From NCBI RefSeq assembly GCF_006345805.1, contig NC_043005.1:5642001-5706000 (forward strand): a stretch of 64,000 nt of DNA, written 5' to 3'. Shown piece by piece: positions 36,701 through 48,359 of this stretch. This DNA comes from Octopus sinensis. Taxonomy: Eukaryota. The notes under the pieces are model-generated. The model searched no databases, was not told the DNA's origin, and saw only the letters and a list, made by a program, of their open reading frames with translations. The position numbers and the translations under genes were made by a program. Within the stretch, counting starts at the first letter, position 1. Each line of letters begins with the position of its first letter.

Positions 36701-38915
36701 AACAATGATGATGATGATGAATATGATAAGCTTGGTGTATGTAAAGGAACACTATACATACACAGTAAGAAAGAAATAAACTTGGGGAGGAGGGGGAGAA
36801 GGAGGTGGAGAAGGGGGAAAAGGTGGAGGAGGGGGACTGAATTTTGTGTTTTTCTTACATGCTGTTTAACTAATTATTTAATTGTCAAATTATATCACAT
36901 GCATGATTAGAAAGTTGAGCCAGTTCAGTTTGGTCATAGTTTCCCCAAATGTAACAGTGAAATTCTATCAAACAGTAGTGAGAACAGAACCTTGTACCTT
37001 GGTGTTCATTCCTGCATTGTTGTTCATATAGTGGTTGTTTAGATAATTATTGCTAATTATTTAATTCTGTTTGTAGCATAATCAAGAGGATGATACAGAA
37101 ATGTGTGCTTTTAAAAGAGGTAGAATGTAGGAAGAAAGAAATAGAATTTTTCTTCCCCCATCAATGTCTTATGGTTGAAGACTGGTTTCTGTCATGCTAT
37201 AATTGGTTATTAAGATGAGATACATGAGACCTCAACATTGCTTCCTTCAAATAAGAACTTGAGCTTTACACTGCATGTTGACAAAATACTTTCTTAGGTA
37301 AACTTACAATATCTTCTGGTACAATTTTACAACCAAATGAACTAGGCTGCTAAGCAAGTATCTTGTTTATGGATACAATATAGTATAGCCTTAATGACAA
37401 AATGCAAACAGCTGATGTTTGACATCTCTGATGCTCTGACATCACATTCCATTCAGCAGTCATCTGAAGGTCCTCATTCAATAGAAAGTAACAAACAAAA
37501 TAGTACTTTACTTTAAAACATTAGTCACTGAAATATAGTTAAATAATACTCAATATTTGATATTAAAGTGTATAAGTGAAATAGAAAAATGTCTACATGT
37601 GTAGTAGACTGATGAAACTTGAACTACACTTTTATTACTAGACAAGTGACCATCAATTATACTACAGAGTATCTCTGATACTTGGCAGATGTTTTATTTT
37701 ATTGAGCTAGGAGAGATGAAAGGCAAAGTTGACTTCAGTGGGATTTAAACTTAGCTGAAATAATGGTTCCTGATTTAGGCACAAAGCCAACAATGTCGAG
37801 GGGAGGGTATTAGTCAATACCATCAATTCCAGTACATGACTGGTACTTTATTTTATTGACCTTGAAAGGATAAAAGTAAAGTCAACTTCAGTGAGATTTG
37901 AACTTAGAGTGTAAAGAGCTGGAAAAAAACAGCAAAGTATTTTTTCTGATACTCTTACAATGCTGTCAGCTTGATACCTTAACACCAGCTCAGTAATAAT
38001 AATTCTTACTAATTTTGGCACAAAGCCAGCAATTTTGAGGGAAAAGGGAAGTCAATTCTATCAACCTAAGCAATTGACTGGTACTTTATTTTATCTATCT
38101 CAAAATAGATGAAAAGCAAAGTCAGCCTCAACCAAATTTGAACTCAGAATATAATGAGTGGGAAGAAATGCTGCAAAGTATTTTCTTAACACTCTAACAA
38201 TTCTGTTGGCTTGCCTGATTAATCATTCTTAAATTAGTTATTGTCATTTGTTTCTGCTATTTTAACTGCAATAATTCATCTCCTCAAGATATGTCAGATA
38301 GTGCTAGCAAGATAGGTTATTCTTCTAATATGCAATGTAGTGAGTAGTTCCTACTTTGGTTTGATTTTACAAGAAAAATCTCATGAACTGGATAATGAAT
38401 AATGATTGATAACTGCTTTGAGAACCTGCCAGTGAGCCTGTTTGTCTTTGGTGTTTCCAGTCGGTACTTATTGTAATGTCAGATTAAAATATTAACATAC
38501 TGACTGAGAAAAACACGTAAAAAATATATAATCTTGTAAATGAATATAAAAATAAATTAAGAAAAACATAAAAATATATTTAAAGAACTGCCTTTTTTTA
38601 GGTAACACATGGGGTAAAGGCGATAACTGTGTTGGAATGGGATGTTCTGAAGCACAAGAAGAATTCTATGGTTGTGCAGACATAGGCATCTTGGACAAAG
38701 GTGCACCAATTCCGTCAACAATACGTCCACGAACTCGCAGACCTCATATCCGCATCACTACCAGCCATGTACGAAAACCATCACAGCCTACAAGACGCCC
38801 TGCAAGCTTCAAGAATTGCCATGCTATTGGTTCCTGGGTTGGTATCTATGATACCTGGTGCAAAGATTTCTGCCCAAAAGGTAGCTGTCCATCAAATATG
38901 TGTCGTTGTGACTGA
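32710..38915 (+). CDS. Secreted AA15-family lytic polysaccharide monooxygenase, gene B; join(32710..32874,34439..34811,38602..38915), 283 aa
   Basis: 852 nt open after GT-AG splicing, same exon phases and lengths as A except for a 12-codon-shorter linker. Signal ..GVKG|His1; LKNNHLGWFEFRLC (His89); QEEFYGCADI; C-terminal CHAIGSWVGIYDTWCKDFCPKGSCPSNMCRCD. Confidence 0.95.
32982..33207. repeat. Inverted repeat (about 70-bp arms) in gene B intron 1, MITE-like
   Basis: 32982-33051 versus 33137-33207 are reverse complements (agatgag.ct...tcatcagg.tag..agatctt.acatttcagatcttaatg), with an 85-bp spacer. Confidence 0.85.
34439..34811 (+). CDS. LPMO gene B exon 2
   Basis: tttattatttatag|CGTCAATGG ... 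CATACAG|gtgag; 373 nt. Confidence 0.95.
35290..35950 (+). mobile_element. Three head-to-tail decayed SINE copies in gene B intron 2
   Basis: Three repeats of ttct.a.gttcaaat...acttt...catc...gg.t.a.a.aataa..tac; junctions at short attatt tracts. Confidence 0.7.
36165..36460 (+). mobile_element. RTE-type 3' UTR copy with internal 26-bp tandem repeat
   Basis: cataaaaagcactggtgctggtacca-like unit x4.5 (36171-36287), then gtggttggcattaggaaggg...ccatgccagcatggaaaacagatgatg. Confidence 0.75.
37670..38215 (-). mobile_element. Cluster of about 3 decayed SINE copies in gene B intron 2
   Basis: Repeated gatgaaa.gcaaagt..acttcagtg.gattt.aact and ggcacaaagcca motifs. Confidence 0.65.
38602..38915 (+). 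CDS. LPMO gene B exon 3
   Basis: cttttttttag|GTAACACATGG ... TGA at 38913-38915. Confidence 0.93.
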
Positions 38916-38922
38916 ATTCTGG

Positions 38923-38928
38923 AATAAA
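38923..38928 (+). terminator. Candidate polyadenylation signal of gene B
   Basis: AATAAA 7 nt after the stop, positionally conserved with gene A. Confidence 0.55.
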
Positions 38929-38937
38929 ATGATTTCT

Positions 38938-38938
<1 letters not shown>

Positions 38939-38975
<37 letters not shown>

Positions 38976-39472
38976 GAGTGAGAGAGCAGTGCATGCCATC
39001 AAAGTGACACTGGGTAAAATATACGAAGCCTAGTATACCCATCTTGAGTACACGTCTGATAAGGGTACACCAGGCACATGCATCACAACCATGTGTGCGT
39101 GACATGGTGATCTCATATCAAGATAAACAGTGCATGACCTTGCAGGTGGGGCCATGTTAGAATTTTCTTCAGGTCAAGTAGTCCATCCTGCTCAAAAGGT
39201 CCCTGAATAAGGATTGTTTAAGGATGTTGAACGAACCACCCATGTTTCCAAAGGTGAATTATCCAAACCGCTAAGAATTCCTTTCAACACATGGCTCTGA
39301 TGCTCCTCCACTACTTCTGCTCGTGGTCAGAGATGCACATATCGTCAGCCAGTAAGGGACATGCTCAACTGGTTATGGTCAAACAACTGACAAGCAAATC
39401 TGTGGTATTGAGCAGAATATTTGCTGTAGCCCATCTTTTATACCAAGACAAAACAATTATTATTATTATTAC

Positions 39473-39519
<47 letters not shown>

Positions 39520-39520
39520 T
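38939..39520. repeat. (TAT)n tract + unclassified interspersed repeat + (TAT)n tract
   Basis: About 12 TAT units at 38939-38975, a higher-GC block at 38976-39450, and a second TAT tract at about 39457-39518. Confidence 0.55.
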
Positions 39521-39649
39521 ATGTTTGACTTTTGCTTTACATTTGCACAAGCTGGCTCCAAGTCTCACCCAGAGGCCTCAAGAGACGAGTTGGAAGTTCA
39601 TGTTGGTGTTATGCCTAGGGTGCCCATATATTTGGTTCTGTACTTAGTG

Positions 39650-40574
39650 TTGTACTAGTGAGTGTCTAAAAAACCATACAAAAATTATGTTTGTTTTAAA
39701 ACTTGAGATTACATGGAAAGTATTTTGTGTAGGATATGAACAGTTCCCATGAGCACTATCTTATGAATTTCTGCCATTTTGGGGTTTCCTGGTATCTGAG
39801 TTAGGTAGTAATCAGCCCCTTTTGCTATCATTCCCAGGGCACCTATGGCAACAGGTATTGTTTTAGTCTTCAGGTTCCACATTTTGCTGATTTCTATTTC
39901 CAAATATTTATATTTTCTCAGTTTCTGGTAGGTCTTGACAGATACGTTTATATCGATTGGGACAGTCATATCAATGAGGAGGCATGTTTTTTGTCTGAAG
40001 TCTTTTACTATGATGTCTGGCCTATTCGCATCTATCTTTCAGTCAGTTTGAATGGTGAAGTTCCAGAGGAGTGAGGTGTGGTCATTTTCAAGCACTGGAG
40101 GTGGTTTGTGTTCCCCCCAGTTTTTATCATGGGGCAAGTCCAGGCTTTTGCAAATTACCCAGGGAATATATTGCGCAGCTCTATCATGCCTGTTGAGATA
40201 CTCTGTAGGCACAAGAAGACTGCACTTGGAGACAACATGATCAATGGTTTCATTTTGTTGTTGACATACATGACATGTTGGGCTACTGCTGTTCTTTAAT
40301 ATGTTGGCCTGGTAGTTCCTTGCAGGTAGGCATTGATCTTGAGCTGCTATGATAAACCCTTCTGTTTCAGATTTTAAGCCAGAGGTCATTAGCCATTGAT
40401 GGGTCAGGGCTTTGTCAACATCTGCATTATTCGCTTTCTTTGGGTATTTGCCATTGAGAGGTTTTTCTTGCCATTTATCATTCAGAATATCTAAGGCAGC
40501 AGTTTTAGCACGGGTTTTCAGGCACTTAGCTTTTTCTGTGCTTGCTTCTTGTATGTCTAATTCTGATATTTGTT
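39650..40574 (-). mobile_element. R4/Dong-like LINE 3' fragment
   Basis: KWQEKPLNGKYP..QWLMTSGLKSETEGFIIAAQDQ..CHVCQQQNETIDHVVSKC..YLNRHDRAA..LLWNFTIQTD..DMTVPIDIN..KYKYLEIEI..IVLMGTVHILHKILS. Confidence 0.9.
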
Positions 40575-42635
40575 ATATTAGTTAGTTAGTTAGTTAAATT
40601 TTTGGCTCAAAAAGCAAAAAGCAACGCCATGTAGGGGGACATGGAGTTATGTACGGGGTGGTGTTCATGCAAAGAGTTCAGGCCATTTGTGGTCAAGGGA
40701 GACTTTGAACCGAGCGGTCGTCGGCATCTTCACTATCTCATCCGGCAGCTTATTCCACGGATCCGCAACCCGGACGGAGAAAGCCCCTCTCCTTCGATTG
40801 AGATGAAATCATCACAGATAGAGCTTTTGGGAGTGACCTCGCAGCCGACGCTCTGGAGCAGGAGTGAAGAACAGCTCTTTCGAGAGGTTACACTTTCCGC
40901 TTATGATGTTGTGAGCAAGAATGAGATCACCACAGCGTCGTCGTTTTTCTAAAGAATAAAGGTCGAGCGTCTTCAGCCTTTCTTCATAAGACAAATTATT
41001 GAGACCAAGAACCATGTGGCTAGCCAGCTTCTGGACTCTTTCGAGATGCTGTATGTCTTTGAGGAGATAAGTAGAAGAGGCTTGAATCCCATACTCCAAT
41101 ATGGGTCTCACCAGCATGACATAGAACGGTAGGAATATGGCTGCTGTGAGCATTCTGAATGACCGTCGAATCAAAAACAGAACTCTGCGTGCTTTGTTGG
41201 CAGCATGGATGCACTGGGCCGAAGGCGAAACAAAGAATCCACTAAGATACCCAGGTCCTTTACCTGGTCAGTTCTCTCCAGCAGCAGACTACCCGGCTCG
41301 AAATCAAGTTGAGTTGCAGGAGAAGAGCCAACAAGCAGATGACAGCACTTTGACACGTTCAGACACAGGTTCCATTCATTAGACCATCTCCAAACTTGGT
41401 AGAGGCATCGACGAAGATCCTCTATATCACAGCGAGGAGCGACCAGTTTGACATCATCGGCAAATAGAAGGGTGTGTTGCGTGAGGTCGTCGGGCAAGTC
41501 ATTTATGAAGACTAAGAACAATAAGGGCCCAAGCACTGAACCTTGAGGCTCGCACTGGAGACGTCGGACAGCGAGCCATTAACTTGGACTTGGAAGGAGC
41601 GATCTGAGAGGAAGGCACTAACCCATCGTACAATATCCGGATGGAAACTATATGCTTGAAGCTTGACAAGTAATAGGCGGTGGTTTACCGAGTCAAAAGC
41701 TTTGGCAAAGTCCAATAAAACGATGTCAACAGCATCACCATCATCGAGGATACGCGTCACCAATTCTTCCATTACCAGTAAGTTGGTCAAGCATGATCTC
41801 TTCGGCATGAAGCCGTGTTGGGAATCAGAGATAGAGGCTGTGTTTTGGAGGTGGAGCAACATACTTTTCTTAAGGATGGTTTCAAACATCTTGCTGATTA
41901 TTGAAGTAAGGGAAACCGGTCAGTAGTTAAGCGGGTCTTCGCGGCTCCCTTTCTTGAAAATTGGGCAGATTATCGCTGTTCTCCAGTCCGCAGGTATAAC
42001 GCCCGTCGCCAATGACATATTGAATAGAAGATGACCGGAGATGACCGGAGACAATGCTTTGATAACCTGTGGGTGTATGCCGTCAGGGCCGTGACCCTTG
42101 TTGACATCAAGGCCTTGAATAACACGTTTGACTTCGTCCCGCGTGATGACCAATCTAAGCATTGTAGGTACCGATCTATCAAATGGAGGGGGTTCACGAC
42201 CATCATCTTGTTTGAAAATAGTTGAAAAAGCCTCGGCAAATAACTGACTCTGTTGATAAAGGTCCTCAATCGATACACCTGTTGAGTCTACCAACGTTGC
42301 AATTTGGTTGTTCAAGCGGGAATTCCGTTGGACATGGGCAAAGAAGGTTTTTGGATTGCAACTGGCATTTGCCGCGATTCTGTATTCATATCTGAAGCGT
42401 TCTTCCTTTTCAATTTTCACGGCTCGGTCTCATTGAGTTTTGTACACCTCAAAAGCTGCAGTCGAATCTAGATTTTTGAATTCAGCCCAAGCAATATCTC
42501 TGTTCTCGTTTAACCTTCTTCATCACCCAGGGCTTGTGTTTCTTCTTCTTGGGAAGCCCAACGGGAACTGCTTGGTCAGTCAACCAGATTACATATGCTT
42601 TGAGGGACAACCATAGTTCGTCAACTGAGGACATC
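40575..42635 (-). mobile_element. CR1-clade LINE (third family), 5'-truncated, GC/CpG-rich, (CTAA)n tail
   Basis: KGHGPDGIHP..ADWRTAIICPIFKKGSREDPLNY*PVSLTS; QHGFMPKRSCLTNL..DFAKAFDSVNH; LGPLLFLVFINDL..LFADDVK; LVRPILEYG..LERVQK..LRGHSQKL; tail ttagttagttag at about 40574-40594. Confidence 0.92.
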
Positions 42636-42733
42636 GTTTATTTCAGATATTCTCATTTTAAAAATCATTTCTGGCCAATCTTTGAGAGTATGTTGGTGTT
42701 GCCTTAGAGGAGGTTTGCACATTCTGAGTGCTC

Positions 42734-42783
<50 letters not shown>

Positions 42784-42819
42784 ACCATTAACACTATTAC
42801 TAAAGAAATCATTATTTTT

Positions 42820-45545
42820 ACTATTATTTTAACTCAGGTTTTGTTGGAACTCCTGAGATCTTGCATGAGTAGCAGGTTTGCTACCTGCATCCTATGGTAC
42901 CATGCTATTTGTTCTCTTCAACTATCAAAAACTTTCCTTATTATTATTATTTCTTTTCTGTTTATTGAAACAAAGCTCAGATTTGGTCTTATTCTTGGTA
43001 GGAATTATGTGGGTAATGGGTTACTACCTGCAACCTTAGGTATCCACACGTTTTCAGCAGTTTTTCAAGTGCTTAGAACACTCCTGATAATCCTTGTTGT
43101 CCCTAACAGGTAAACTTTCTGTAGCAGCTCTACCAGGCATTCTATTTCAATCTCCTTCAGCCATTTATCTATGTTGTGATTTACTGTCCCCAATGCACCA
43201 ATGAAACAAAGCTCAGATTTGGTCTTATTCCTGGTAGGAATCTTACATTTCTCTGACTTTAGTTTTTTCTTCTTTTTTTTTACTTGATGATTTTACCATG
43301 TGTTTCCAGCTTCGAATCATGTGTTTCTGGTACAGTTTCCAGTGTAAAACTCTTATAACCTGGCCATGCCTCCATTTCTTATATTCTTCTCATGCTTACT
43401 CAGGGCATTCTTCCACAATTTGTGCCACTGTCTCATTCCAAGTTCCACAAACTCTACATTTTTCTGACACATTCTTTCCATATATATTTTTTCTCAAGCT
43501 GTTTTTATCACTTGATCTTGGGCTGCTACTTTTTTTTTAATTGTCCCTTTTTTAACCAACACCAGGATTTTGTTCCACCTACATCTTCAGTGACTCTCCA
43601 AAGTTGGCCATGCTGAGGTTTCTCTTCGATCTGTCTGATGTACTCTCTTTGTATTTCATTCTTATCCTTTTCTCCTATTATGCACTTCCTCACCTGTTCT
43701 TTCTTAACTGCCTTTAGGAGTTTTTTCTGTGCTGCTCTGCAAATACTCTACTAGACTTTTTCTTTCCATTAGTGGTAAACAGGTTATAGGTCGAAAATTT
43801 GATGCCAAATTCCCTTTCAAGGAATCCTTAAGGCATAGCAGCATTCATCCACTTGTCATCCAGGCAGAGATGTGACCTTGCTGCAGGCAGTCAACCAGTT
43901 GCACAGCAATCAATTCATGCAACTGTGTGAAGTTCTTCAGCCAATAGCTTTGTACTCCATCTGGGCCTGGTCCTTTCCAATTTGCTATTTTTCTAACTTC
44001 TGTCTCACTGCATATAGATTAATTCTAATGTCCTTTTGTGTTGGTACAGTTTCAAGTTGTCTTTCCACTTTTGTTAGCCACTCCGCACTTTCTTTATTCT
44101 TGCTGGTCTGTTCCACAGACTTCACCTTAATTCTTTACTTTCTCCTGCATCTGGAGTCAGTTCCTGGTGTTGGCCGCCCTCCATTTCCTCAAATAGACAC
44201 CTTCTATTTGATTGGAACAGTCTATTATGTTTGAAACCTTTACATCTAGCTTCATATCTTTTTAACATGGCCTTTAATGCTGTCACTTTTTGTATCAATT
44301 CCTCATGTACTGTTTGTTTTCCCCTTTCTTCTAAACTGTACTGTCCATTCAATTTTCTGATTACTAACTTATTCTTGAGCTCTCCTCTCATTATCCTATT
44401 CAATTGCCCCAGTTCTTTCTGTTTTTTATCTGTCTTTATTTGTATTTTCTTCCTCCAGTTTGGTTCTTTGTTTTCACTTGCTTTTATATCTTCAATTTTT
44501 TGCTTGTAGCCTACTATGTTAGCTACGACATTAGCAGCAGCTATGATCAGCTGGTTCATTTCACTGATGTTTTCTGCTTTGATCATGATTAAAATGTCAT
44601 TTACTTTGCCTGTGGTTTTCCTCATTTGTTTTCTGTCCATATATCTTATATTTGGTGGCATTTCATTGTTCCCATCAGTCATTTTACCTTGCAACATTTC
44701 TGAAATCTCCTTCTCTTCATCATTCAAGTCTTGTGCAGTACTTACTGTCACTTGTCCATCTAGATCGTCTTCATTAGTTACTTTACTGGTACTCTGCAGC
44801 TTCCATCTGTTTCGTATTCTCCATCTCTTATCCCTTCATTTCCACTTTCTGCTACTGCTGTTTCACTCTTTTTTTATTAAGCTTCTCTGAATTTCTTCAC
44901 TCTCTACTCCCATAATCCAGTCATTCCTATGGATTGCTTTAGCATGGTCTATTAGTCACTGGGCAGATGCTTCAAAACCTCATTTTTCATCCCATATTCT
45001 CTTCATTTGATTCATGAAGCTTCTTTTATTTGGCTCACTTCTCAGCCAGTATTGCATTAGTATTTTGTTTACTTCTTTTTCCCATTTCATTCTTTACCCA
45101 TTTCTTTTGCATTTTTGACTGTGATTTTGGTCCTGACCAATAGCTTGATGACGACCTGCTGGAATTGGATCAGATACTCCCTGCCTGCCATGTGCAACAC
45201 CTTCACTGTTAACAGTTCTGGTCCTGATGGCGCAGTTATGGTTATTATTTAATTTTGACATCACTCATTTACAGGTAGCATTTGTAAGGTTGTGCAATCA
45301 CCAGTATTTTTATTGTGACACCATCACAAGGTGGATTGCTAGCTAAGGCTCTGAGAGTCCACACCTACCCTCCTGTACACTATTTATAATGCCAGTCTTG
45401 TTCAATCCATTGTTTTATATCTTTGTATTTGACATTTTTACTCCTGAGAATTTTGGTATTTAGTGGCAAACCCATTAGTGTTTTTATTAAGTCACCTCTG
45501 CCCCCTTTTCCCATGAGACAGGCTTAACCCCACCAGATGCCAACA
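42820..45545 (-). mobile_element. R4/Dong-like LINE, internally deleted, with stacked 3' ends
   Basis: N-terminal region (EPNKRSF..LIDHAKAI), QLIIAAANVVA..EPNWRKKIQ..YEARCKGFKHNRLFQSNRR, RT NFRPITCLPL, C-terminal IGALGT..LLQKVYLLGTTRII; a 40-bp 3' UTR segment occurs twice (42966-43005, 43202-43241). Confidence 0.85.
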
Positions 45546-45561
45546 TGGTATTTCTAGATCT

Positions 45562-45792
45562 AAGGCGGCGAGCTGGCAGAAACGTTAGCATGCCGGCGAA
45601 ATGCTTAGCGGTATTTCGTCTGCGTTACGTTGTGAGTTCGAATTCCGCCGAGGTCGACTTTGCCTTTCATCCTTTCGGGGTCGATAAATTAAGTACCAGT
45701 TACGCACTGGGATCGATTTAATCGACTTAATACCTATGTCTGTCCTTGTTTGTCCCCTCTGTGTTTAGCCCCTTGTGGGTAATAAAGAAATA
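45562..45792 (+). mobile_element. Young full-length tRNA-derived SINE with 15-bp TSD
   Basis: aaggcggcgagctggcagaaacgttagc...gagttcgaattcc (B-box)...aataaagaaata; flanked by GGTATTTCTAGATCT at 45547-45561 and 45793-45807. Confidence 0.92.
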
Positions 45793-45849
45793 GGTATTTC
45801 TAGATCTCAGAGAGGGCTTACAGGTACTATACTTTGTCCAACGGTGACC

Positions 45850-47660
45850 TTATTATTATTATTATTACTTTTCTTCTTCTTTCAATTTTGTTCCCATTTC
45901 TTGCTGAGTGTTTTCATAACACCTAGGGCAAAGAAACTCGCTTATACATTGGTAGGCCATTAAAATAAACACACCAGATTGTTCATTTACAAAGTCAAGA
46001 TATGTGATAGAAAAATGGGAAAAAAAAGAAAGAAAAAAAGGAAAAAGGTAAACAAAAAATAAAAATAGAAAAATAAAAGAAGAAAACAAAGAAAAAAGTG
46101 GAAAAAAGGGAAAGAAAATTTGCAGTGACAATGCTCTTCTCAGTACATGTGACATACCAGCTAAAACAATCTTTTGACTTCATGCATAGATGGTAAGCCA
46201 GGGATCATTCTCAAATAATTTTTGAGTTCCTCTTTTTCGATCATTCCAAGTGTTCCTACAATCATTGTTATTGTAACTGTCTTGAGATGCCACATTCTTT
46301 TTTTATTTCAATCAGCAAATCTTTATATTTTCTGAGTTTGTCAAATTCTTTTGCCAAGATACCATGACCATGTCAATCAATAAAGAGACTTTATTGTTTT
46401 GTTCTTTCACAACAATATCTGGTTTATTAGCTTTCATGTCTGTCTGTATGTACTGGAAAGTCCCAAAGAATTGTTACATTTTCTCCCTTAGTTACAACTT
46501 CACAGTGGTGCTTATACCATTTATCAGCAGGTCTGATTTTATATACTAACCAGTGTAGATGTTGGCTAACACTGTCATGTCTTGATTTATACTCTACAGG
46601 TGCTAAAACTTTGCATCCAGAGGTTAGGTGGTTCATTGCTTCAATCTCATCATTGCAGTATCAGCACTTTGGGTCTACTCCATCTTTCATCACATTGGCT
46701 TGGAAGTTCCAGGTCAACAAGCTCTGATCTTGAGAAGCTAAGATGAAGCCTTTGCTCTCTGCCTTTAGCCCTGAGCTCTCCTTAGGGGTGTGTTTCTGGT
46801 TTACATCAGCTTGTTTGCTACAGGCCACATATTTGCCATGTAGAAGGTTTTGTTCCCACCTATCAGCCAATTATTCATACACTTTTTACTTTGCCATTAA
46901 TTTCAACTTTTTGCTGCACTTCCATCATTCTGTTCAATCTGCATATCATGCATGACCTCACCAGCACATCTTTTGCTCTCCTTTGTGAGAGAATGAAGCT
47001 TCTTATACCTCTTGAGATTTTCAATGAGTTTTAGCATCCAATCATTAGATGTTTCAAGATATTTGGCCAGTCCAATTGTGGTGGTTTAGTAAAAGATTTC
47101 AAATTGGATCAGGCCACAACCTTTTGTGTCTGCCTTATTGCAAGTCAGCAGCTTATGAATCTTCCTGTCAATTCTCTTTATTTTTGCTGATATTCCATTT
47201 CAACACACTGAAGCTATAAATAAAAACTGAAACTGCTAAGGAATTTATGGCTAACATCTTATGTGCATTTAGCTCAAATTTCAGGACTGCTTGAACTCTC
47301 CTGTAATACCCCTTCCTGATCTTCTCTTTCATGCTTGCATGCTGAATACCAGAGCCTTTATTTATTCTGAGGTATTTGTAAGTTTGTTCCCATTCAAGTT
47401 CTTTTATAACTGTGTCAATATCTAGCATGACTGAACTTAAGGTCTTCAATTTCCTTTTCTGAAAAGTTGCCTTGGCACATTTATCAAGACCAAATTCCAT
47501 CCCAATGTCATCACTGAATGCTTTCACAGTACATAATAGGCTTTCAGGCTCATTATTGTCTTTGCTATAGAGTTTTAAGTCATCCATATAAAATAGATGG
47601 CTTATTTTCTTATTGTCAATTTTATACCCATACACTGTTCTGTTAAGGAGTGGCTATGCA
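45850..47660 (-). mobile_element. R4/Dong-like LINE relic (RT + RLE)
   Basis: ISHLFYMDDLKLYSKD..DIGMEFGLDKCAK..YKYL; RWEQNLLHGKY..SGLKAESKGFILASQDQ; NHLTSGCKVLA..RHDSV; ILWDFPVHTDR. Confidence 0.88.
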
Positions 47661-48359
47661 ATATTATCTTATAATAATTCTGCTTGTCATTGAGTTACTT
47701 AGCCCATCAGTAATGCTTTCACGTGATTAGAGAAAAAGAGGGAGAAAGAAAAGAGGAAGAGAGAAAAAGAAGGGGGACGGAAAAGAAGGAGGGACAAAAA
47801 GTGGAAGAGAGAAGCATCCATGTTGTGAGGTAGAGGGAATGTAATTGTATCACTTTCATGTGATTAGTTGAAGGGAAAGGGAGGAGAAAGAAAAAGAAGA
47901 GCAAAAAGAGGATAAGGCAAAGAGTGAGACAGAAAGTGGGAGATTGAAAGAGAGAGAGAGAGAGAAAAAGAGGGAGAGAGAAGTGTCCATGATGTGAGGT
48001 AGGAGGAATGTAATAATTTTAGCAGAAGGGTGATGTTATGATGGTGAGGTTAAAGTAAGGCAGAGAAAAAGAGGGGAGAGAGAGAGGAGGGAGAGGGAGA
48101 GAGAGAGAGAGAGATGATGATGGTGATGAAGGTCGTGGTAGTGATGATTGGATAGTGAAAAGTATTTTTTTAATACTTGAACTAAGTTTTTTATATCACC
48201 TATAGCTTATCACATGTGCATTAGTGCAATTCCGTGAAATATTCATGTTTATTTATGCATCGGATATATGCAATTTAAATAAAGGTTGTATCAAAGTTTT
48301 CAGAAAAAACCCAATAGATTTACATCATAGAGAGAGCAGGGTATAAAGAGAAAAAGAGA

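Noticed and set aside
36784-36835. G-rich tract as a G-quadruplex in gene B intron 2
   Set aside because: Four G-runs are present but two loops are 13-16 nt, and the tract is part of ordinary purine-rich low complexity.
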